From positions 611,061 to 675,060 of the forward strand of contig NW_005434667.1 in NCBI RefSeq assembly GCF_000315625.1: DNA of 64,000 nucleotides, given 5' to 3'. The position numbers and the translations under genes were made by a program. This DNA comes from Guillardia theta CCMP2712. Taxonomy: Eukaryota; Protista; Cryptophyta. Below, in pieces: positions 55,809 to 64,000 of the stretch (positions within the stretch are counted from its first letter, which is position 1; each line of letters starts with the position of its first letter). The notes below the pieces were generated by a model. It saw only the letters and a list, made by a program, of their open reading frames with translations, searched no databases and was not told the DNA's origin.

Positions 55809-56926
55809 ATGGTTCGCCCTGCAGCCTCCTGGGAGAACAAGCGCATCGCCCTCGCCTTCGCTCACATGGTGCTCCCCTCCTCCCTCCCTTACATCCCTAG
55901 ACTAACCTCCTTCCTCTCCAGGTCACCTCCCCCGCTCCCTTCTCCGGCCCTGCCCGCCAGTCCGTCTGCCGCACAGGACGGTTCAGCGTGTACGACGCGC
56001 TGAGCGCCTGCTGCCCGATGTCGGTGATCAACAACGACCCATACGACGGCAAATACGGGCTGCGGGCGATCGAGTTCTACAAGGTAGTAGAGAGCAACGG
56101 CTTCGTCAAGGTCCGGCACCAGCGGCCGAGGGGCAAGAGCGAGCTGTCCTCGTCGTCGGGGTCGTGGGAGGCTTGCACAGAGGAGGTCCGGTACGTGTAC
56201 GCGGGGAGGCGCTGGAGAGACCCCAGCAGCGAGGAGGACATGCAGAGCCTGAGGGGGGCGTGGGAGGAGCTGGCGGGGAGCTCGACCATCTTCGCGACGC
56301 AGTGTCCATGGGAGCGGGTGGTGAGGGTGTGCGAGGAGTACAGGAGGGGATGGGCGGAGTACCAGGCGGGGCTGTTGCGGCCGCTGCCGGGCTTGACGAG
56401 GAGGCCGGGAGAGGAGGCGAAAGGAGGAGGGAAGCGACGGCGACTGGACGAGGCCGGGCGGAGCTCGCCGGGTTCTAGCACGCCTGAGGAGGCGGCGGGG
56501 TCAAGATGGGAAGCGGGAGAAGAAGACTTGGAGGAGGACGGGTGGCACGGGGATGTACTGGATTCAAGTCCGGACCCTCAGATGGACGGGGGGGAAGTGC
56601 CGCAGTGGAAGGAGCCAGCAAATGCGGGAGACTTTGCCTGGTCATCGGCTACTACGGGGGACATGAGCTTGCCGTCATCGGAGGAGTTTCTACAAGGAGC
56701 AATTCTTACTTCAGTCTGGGAGACCGAGGGTACCTTGGGCGTGGGGGATGATGAGCACAGCAAGGTGGAGCTTCATGGGAGGTGGGCGCGGCGGGGGGAC
56801 AGGGACTGCGAGGGGGGCGAGTCAGAGTCGAGAGAGCTTCAGGACAGCCTTGAAAGGTGGATGGAGGGAGGAATCAAGGTGGAGGACATCGTGTCATGTT
56901 TCCTATCGATGGATGAGATCATGTAG
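55809..56926 (+). CDS. Hypothetical protein (globular N-terminal domain, NLS-like KRRR, acidic C-terminus)
   Basis: MVRPAASWENKRIALAFAHM, one intron, then a >300-codon exon with YAGRRWRDP...LRGAWEEL...CPWERV. Confidence 0.75.
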
Positions 56927-57289
56927 CCGAAAGTACTCTCTTTTTAGTGCGCCGCATCACCAACGACGCTCCTCCTCCTACCTTACCTCTCCTTGCGTGC
57001 GCAGCAAGCGTGGTGTTTGTGCGCAGTTTACCTCAAGCGAACTTAAAGACTTCTGTCCATTGAATCATTGGGGTCTTTTTTCGTCGCGTCACGTTAAAAG
57101 CTCTGTTGAATTAATTTATGCTGTTGCAATACATAGTCAAAGCGCACTGAGGGTTCGTGTGTAAAATGCCTCAAATCTTCTGCATTGTAGCCTTGTTCGA
57201 GATTTTTCCAGGACTCGGTAGGAGAAGGCTGGTTTTGAAGCGCGCTCCTTCTCCTACCAGGCAACACCTTAAATCCCAGCTAGTCCTCT

Positions 57290-58156
57290 ATGCGAACAAT
57301 GGTGGGCGGCCGCTTCGCAATGGCAGGGCTGTTGGTGATGGCAGGGGCACTACGATGCTGCTGTTTCCAGGTGCTGGTGCAAGGTGGGGGGACGCTTGTC
57401 GTTCAAAAACCGGCGGGTCTGGCAGCTGAGAAGAGGATAAGCTCCCCTTCAGACTCGATGATTGAGATCGTGCGCAGGTCCCACGAGGCCCCGCAGGCTC
57501 AGCTGCCTCATAGGTTGGACAAGATGACAGGAGGCGTTCTTGTCGTAGCCCTTACACAGCAAGCCTTGTCCTGGCACAACAAGTGCATCGAGCAGAAGGT
57601 CTGGGGGCCGAAGATATACGCAGCGCGCCTCGCAGGGGCTCGGGTGGCAGAGGGGGAGCACAAGGCTTACTTGAAGCGTGTCGGTCAGAGAGCAGTCTGT
57701 GTTCGTTCAGGGGGGAAGCCTTCGTTCTTGGACGTCTTGTATCAGGAGCCAACCCCAGGACGTGAAGGGTTGTCCACAGATGTCATCATCAGCCTTCGAA
57801 CCGGCCGGTACCACCAGATCCGAGCGATGATGGCAGACGCGGGCAACCCTGTCTTAGGTTCCCTGCCCTCGTGCTAACCTGACGAGCCTGATCTTTGACG
57901 AGCAGGGGATGTGCTCTACGGGGACAAGACAAGGGTGACGCCTCTCCTCACCCACGCGCTGTTGGGTCTACCCGTGCCGGACGATCAGGTTGGCTCGTTC
58001 CCCAAGGAACTGATGTTCGAAGGATCGGATCATACCAAGAAGCTTCTGATTCCGGCAGCTGAACTGTCTCCGCCTGATGTACAAGTGTTCAGCTCGGGCT
58101 TTATCTCCTTCCTCTCTGAATATGCCGCGAACATTCGCCGGCAAGCGCAATGCTGA
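57290..58156 (+). CDS. RluA-family pseudouridine synthase
   Basis: VVQKPAGL, catalytic PHRLDKMTGG, and LRTGRYHQIRAMMADAGNPVLG|DVLYG. Confidence 0.92.
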
Positions 58157-58329
58157 GGACCTTTGGCTTTTTATTTACATCCCATCCCGGTTCTTCTGCG
58201 AGGTATTACAAGTCTCGAGGGAACGCGCAGGCGGGTCCCTGGTAATCATACTGCGAGGTAGCAAGTCAGGGAGCAGGACAGTCAGGAGAGAGGCATACGG
58301 TAAGAGAGAGTGTAGCTCCTCCTGGTTGC

Positions 58330-59597
58330 TCTGGATCTGAAGCGCTAAGGATGAGGATGGAGGAGTAGCGAGGTGAAACAGGGACCTTTCTGCAGCAGCC
58401 GCAGCTGGATGTCCAGCGTTCCAGCCCTCTTGCTGACCTTCCGGAGGTCCAAGGAAGCAGAACCAACCTACCATGCCGTGAGGGAAGAGCGAGAAAGCAG
58501 CACAGCTACCTTGTTGTATCCTGTGTTAGTGAGGATGTGCTGGAAGGATGGAAAGGGAATCAAGAGAGGGAGAGGGAGAAGGGAATGAGGAGTCAGCTTG
58601 ACTTCTCACAAAGGGGAATGGGGCCAACCATTTCAATGCTGAGCTCTTTCATACTGGTGTTGACGGCAAACGGGAGATCTTCATGCCACTCGAGGGAGTT
58701 CGAATTCTGCACAGGCCATTCAGAGGAGCAACAGTGAGCAGGAGGATGAGACACCAAGCATGGCATCGTCTTGCGGGTCTGGAGGACACATGATTCAGCT
58801 ATTTCACAGCACGGAAAGGGGAAAGAGGACAAAAGAGGAAGGGAAGGGAAGAGGAGGAGGAGCAGAAGAAAATTGTACCTGTCCTTGTACTCTGGCGATT
58901 ACAAAGACGTTTCTGGTTGGGATCGAGATGTTTTGCACGACCATCTGCCAAGAAAGGAATAAAACAAACAAACGTCCCTCTATGATGTTGTTTACGTTCT
59001 TGATGACGAATAGCCCCATAGCGACATCGAGTTCCGCCACCATCCCTGCCATCGTCTCCTGCCCCACCCGCTCAGCTCCTCACCCCCTTTGCTGCCCAGC
59101 AGACCTCCAGCTCCTCCAGGTGAGCCTTCAGCTCGAGAATCTCCTGATTATCCTCCTGCTTACAAGGGATCATTCAGCCCTCACGCTAGCGCAAGAGCAT
59201 GAGAGACCTTCCTATCCAACTTCTCCTGCTTCTTCCCGAGCTCAGACTGCAGTAGAGGCGATCAGACGTCAGTCCCCCCCCCCCCCCCCTCCCCCTTTTC
59301 CCTCCCCTCCCCCCATCTTCCTTCAGCCTGCACCCTCCCCCCCCCCGCTCCTCTTCCCCGCCCTGCTCTCCTCATCAACCTGAATCTGCTTGAGAAGCAA
59401 GTTCTCGTCCTCAAGGATGCTGACTTGAACCTTGAGGTCTTGGATCTGCATGGAAGATCAGGTAATGCCGGGAGAGGTCGAGCCTTTCCTCTCGCCCATT
59501 GACCTCCTGCAGGTCCTTGAGGGATTCGACTTCTCGCTTGTTCCTGCAGGCATCTAATCAGATGATGGGAAGGACAGGGGGAGCGGAAGAGAGGTGA

Positions 59598-59632
<35 letters not shown>

Positions 59633-61500
59633 GCAGGAGGAGAAGGAGGAGGAGGAGGAGGAGGAGGAGGAGGAGGAAATGGCAGTTATAGAGGATGAAG
59701 GAGGTCAATCGTGCAGACCAGACAGACTGCCGAGCCTGTTTGACGATCTCCGACAACCCGCCCATGTGATCATGATTGTACTCTTCCTGCATGAAGGACC
59801 ATCGGTCAGCGTCACAGGTCAGTGACCAATCTTGCTCGCTGCACGAGCATCACCATCTCGAATTCCTCGTAGGCAGCCATCAGCTGCTGCTCCAGCTCTG
59901 CCTCAGCAGTCATCCGTCCTCCCCTTCCCCTCCCGCCATGCGGTCCGATCATCACCCCTCAGCTTGTCAATCTGCCTGTCCACCTTCTGGTCGTCGTTGT
60001 GCGCGTTCTGCAGGGGGTCAGGGACCGGAGCAGGATGATGCTGAGCTGCCTGTGCGAGCTCGTGAGCTAGACGGAGCTCTTCCTCGAGGACCCGGACTTC
60101 AAACTTGTAGTGTTTCTAGGAGGATAGTTAACAACATACCATCTCCTCCTCCTCCTCCTCCTCCTCCTCCATCTGACCAGCTGGTCTTCCAGCTCTTCCT
60201 TGGCTTGCATGTCTCTCTGTATGTTGTTCATCTGCCTTGCATGTCAGGCCTCCTCCTCCTCCTTCTCCCCCCCCGCCCCCGCCCCCTCCTCCTCCATCAC
60301 GTCAGTCACGAGCTTCTCATTCTCCTGGATGCTCAGGCTGCCAGCCAAGGTCAGTCCCAGCAGGAAGCGGACAACGAGTCACTCACTTCCATCTCTGCAT
60401 CGTCTTCTGCAGCTCCTCCTCCCGCTCCGCCAGCTTCACCTCCACCACCGCCAGCTGACATCCACCATCACCGCAGCCTCTATGCCTCCTCGCCGTACCT
60501 GCGCGAACGCCGCGTCCCTCTCCGCGGTGAAGGCAACGACCCGATCATTGGCCTTGTTCAGCTCCTCCACCATCTTGAAGGCCGTCAGACACGCCATGGA
60601 GGATGCAGCTCGGGTTCAGCGCACCTGCTTCATGCCCTCGGACACCTCCTCATCCGCTCTGAGTACCCGCCAGGACGAGAACTTCCTCATCTTGTACACG
60701 AGCTGGAGCAACCCCGAGTCATCAACGGGAGCTGCGGGGGTCCGCCATGTACCTCGATCGAGCGGCTCAGCTTCTCTTTCATGTCGCTCCTCTCCTTGGA
60801 CAGCTGTACAACAGACGACACGCCTCAGGCCTCAGACTGAGATCGCCGACCGCTCTCGTACCTGCCACTCATGCAGGCTATTCCTCTTCAGGTTCCTCGA
60901 CTTGGTCCTCTCCTGCAAACACCTTCACTCTGAGCACCAGCGCTCGCTCGCTCACCATGTAGCTGGCAAGGGACTCAAGGAAGTCGTCGTGCTTGTTCTG
61001 GAGGGTGATGTAGAGCACGGAAAGCTCCTCGAACTTCGCCTCCAGCTCATTGTTGGCATGCAAGTGGTCAAGGGCATCATTGCGTGCGCAGGTTATCTTG
61101 TGGTTAGCGACTGAGAGCTGAGTCTTGAGAAGCTCGATCTCCTTCTTCATGTCATCATCTCGCTTCCGTAAATCCTCTGCCTCCTTCTTCAGCACGGCTT
61201 TCTCCGCCGTCTCTCGCTTCCACTGATCCTGGTAGTACTCCATCTCCATCCGGCTCTCAGAGAGCCGCTCCTCCAGCTCTGCGATGTTGCTTCGCAGCGC
61301 CTTGTTGGCCTCATCCTTGATCGCGATCACCTCGTTCATCGCTCTCAGCTGTCTGCTCGTCTGAACATCTTCCTCTGCCTTCTGTTTCAGAGCAAAGTCC
61401 AGCAAACCATGCAGTTGCTGCAGCTTGACGTCAGGCGTCTGGATGCGAGCAGGCTGAGACATGGGACGATCGTACTCCTGCGGCATGCTCTCGTCCAGCC
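58330..61500 (-). CDS. Long coiled-coil protein, multi-exon (ends approximate)
   Basis: Heptad-rich E/K/L exons (60878-61486 and downstream). Confidence 0.6.
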
Positions 61501-61554
61501 CTGCATCGAGGAGTCAGTCAAGACCCTTGATAGTTCTATCACCAACAAGCCTTT

Positions 61555-61685
<131 letters not shown>

Positions 61686-61974
61686 CTCGCCTCCCTCCCC
61701 TCTCGCTGCTATGCTGCTTCCCTCGTCTCGCTCGCTCGCCCGACATTCCTCATTTAGATCAGAGCCCGCCTCAATAATTTTGAAAGGGGAGGACGAAGTC
61801 AGCAATCATCTATCTATCGGTGCTGGCACCGGAGTAATTGATCATGGGAAGGCAGCAAGGCCCTGAGGTGGGGACCGTCCGAGGCTCTACGAGCTGCTCT
61901 AAGAGGACTACCAGCATGCTGATCGGACTATGACTTGTACTTGTAGCAGTTGAAAGATTCACTGAAGTTTCAAG

Positions 61975-62694
61975 TCATGTATCGAATATGTATGCACGGT
62001 GGTAAGAAAGCTCGAAGTTCATGCCGTCGTGTACTTCGTAGTCTGACAACGTGATCTTGTCGTTGTACACTTGCTTGCATTTCTGAAGAATCTGCAGCAC
62101 AAGAGTTCAGCATTGTGTGATGACACGACAACGAAGCAGACCAGCGACCGCGGGTCTCTCCCGATTTTCTCTCCGATCAAGACTTTCAGGTCTTGGATCG
62201 TGTCTGTCGGTTTAGCGTACACGCTCGTCTTCCGGCCAAACCGATCGTCCGCATGCACTTTGATCTTACCGGCCAGCCGATTGTCGTCGAGAAACTGTTC
62301 AGCAGTCAGACGGGAGCAGGAGAATGAGAGTCTCGTGCCTCTGCGTAATGCCAGGGCTTCTTGCTCGGCAGGACGACGGAGGGCTCACGGGAGAAACGCA
62401 TCTTCGTATACATACTACCATCGCGGCCTTGCTTCGTTTGCCTCCCATGGGAGAACCCCGTCTTGTTCTTGGGCGTACTCTTCTTCAGGCTCGAGTCGAA
62501 CCCGTACCTCTCCATCTCCTTGCTCGAGTAACTGACAGACTCACCCCACACTCCAGCAAGGAAGTCGCATGCTACCTGTCCTCTTTCTCCGACTCCCCGT
62601 CTGACACGGGCAATCGCTCGAAGCCTCTCTCCCTCGCCCCTCCAGACTCTTCTCCCCTCCGAGACTGGGGCAGCAGCTCGTTTGCGAACGGCAT
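61975..62694 (-). CDS. Hub1/UBL5-like ubiquitin-fold protein with long N-terminal extension
   Basis: KIKVHADDRFGRKTSVYAKPTDTIQDLKVLIGEKIGRDPRSL|ILQKCKQVYNDKITLSDYEVHDGMNFELSY aligns with UBL5 ([26 protein letters not shown]...DYEIHDGMNLELYYQ). Confidence 0.85.
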
Positions 62695-62764
62695 GAGCAA
62701 GGACCTGCATGCTGACGTCACCCCCCGTCTCTGAGTTGCTCTCAGCCCTTACACAAGGTCCGAC

Positions 62765-63802
62765 TTATCGAGGGCGTTGGCGATGCTGACGTTGCGCAGC
62801 CGCAGTTGCGCCTTCAGCCACGGGACGCCTTGAGACTGGGAGGTCAACGATCAGCATCGGGCCCTCTCCGAGGCAAGCAGCAGTAACGACCAGCAGCCAT
62901 CCTTCAGCTTCCAGGGCAGAAGTGTTCTCCCCCTGCCTCCTTCCCTGCAGGATCGACTCCGCCAGGTTCGCAGCCCGAGCGCTGTACTGCATCCTGCAAG
63001 CTTGCAGCGTCACGAGTGGGGAAGGGGGAGGGCTCTTGCCGCCTACTTTGCATGGAAGCTCTGCTCCGGCTCGCGGCACCATGCATCCGCCTCAGACTTC
63101 ATCGCGTCGAGCTGCACAGCCTCCTCAGCCTCCCCTCAATGAGCCTCCTCCGACTCACCATGGACCTGTCCCTGGCTCGCTCCCCCTCCTGCTCCAGCTC
63201 TTGACGACCTTCAGCTCAGAAGGAGCAGCGGGCAAAAGAGTTGCGCGTTCACCTCGGGTGATGTTCTTCTTCCTGCACCAAGGCGGTCAGCGGCCGGAGG
63301 GAGCAGGGGAGGGCGGCAGGTACCACAAGGGGTCCCTCATAAATTTCTCGAGGTCCTCCCTTGTCTCTATCCCAGCGTATCTCAGCAGCAGAGGATCGAC
63401 CGAGTGCAGGAAGGACCGCGTCCTGTTCCGCGCCTGCTACACCCGTTGAGCTTGTGCGGAGCAGGGCAAAAAAGGAACGACCTGCTCCAGCGCCCCTCGG
63501 TATGCCTCCTTCAGCCCCCCTCCATCGCAGGCGGAGCTATTGCGCAGCGCTGGATGGGAGCCCGAGCTCGCAGCCACTCGATCGATCGAGTCTCGGAGGA
63601 ACACAGCAGAGTGTCCCTGCTCTCCTCTGTTGACCCCTGCCCTCGGCGCCTTGCTGTCCCGACGTCCCTCGTCGCTGGCCCGCATTCGCTTCCTCGCACC
63701 GGGTGCCTCATGCCTGCCATGGTCCCCTCCGCGCGGCAGGGAGGCCTCGCATTGAGCCTGCAGCAAGAGGAGGAGGAATAGAGCGGAGCCTCTTGCACAC
63801 AT
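62765..63802 (-). CDS. Hypothetical protein with signal peptide
   Basis: MCARGSALFLLLLLQAQCEA start, followed by spliced exons. Confidence 0.45.
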
Positions 63803-63882
63803 GGCGGATCCTCGTCATCTCACACTCCACATGCTCAACCTTGCATCAGCTGCAAGAAGTCATCCGACCTGTCACCTGACGC

Positions 63883-64000
63883 TCTCTCCCTCGTCTCCTC
63901 GTCTCCTCTCCTCGTCTCCTCGTCTCCTCTCCTCGTCTCCTCTCCTCGTCTCCTCGTCTCCTCTCCTCCTCTCTCCTCTCCTCGTCTCCTCGTCTCCTCG
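63883..64000. repeat. (CTCCTCGT)/(CTCCT) pyrimidine repeat
   Basis: Direct repeat running to the window end. Confidence 0.9.

Noticed and set aside
39813-58156. Linked RNA-modification system (Pus10, GluRS, RluA)
   Set aside because: They have different predicted compartments and are separated by unrelated genes; likely coincidence.

Overview
This is a gene-dense, intron-rich eukaryotic nuclear window, not a prokaryotic one. Most ORFs in the supplied track are exon/intron chimeras or microsatellite read-throughs, so I spliced the genes by eye. Two proteins carry bipartite signal + Phe-start transit peptides (plastid GluRS and a TAT-type PsbQ-like lumen protein). Together with the ~45-55 nt introns, this suggests an alga with a red secondary plastid, most likely a cryptophyte of the Guillardia/Hanusia type (inference). 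Recognisable genes: PRMT7/9-like methyltransferase (partial), ER thioredoxin/TMX, GT10 alpha-1,3-fucosyltransferase, two EF-hand proteins, a PDZ/coiled-coil protein, P2B Ca2+-ATPase, a MORN protein, PsbQ-like protein, Sfi1-like protein, RFESD-like Rieske protein, Pus10, plastid GluRS, a Cys-rich GPI protein, SatP/GPR1 acetate channel, RluA pseudouridine synthase and a divergent Hub1/UBL5. There is one 100-N gap. I recognised no rRNA, tRNA, CRISPR array or transposase. The most notable unexplained signals are: (1) strand-polarised islands of GGGGT(A/G) motifs in gene 5' flanks, plus an exact 29-bp AT-rich element repeated at distant intergenic sites; (2) a MORN protein built from three modules, each capped by an exactly spaced CxCH-x6-LxGxH motif; (3) an intronless coiled-coil / hydrophobic-hairpin / SAM-like / poly-Asp gene whose tail is frameshifted inside its repeat.
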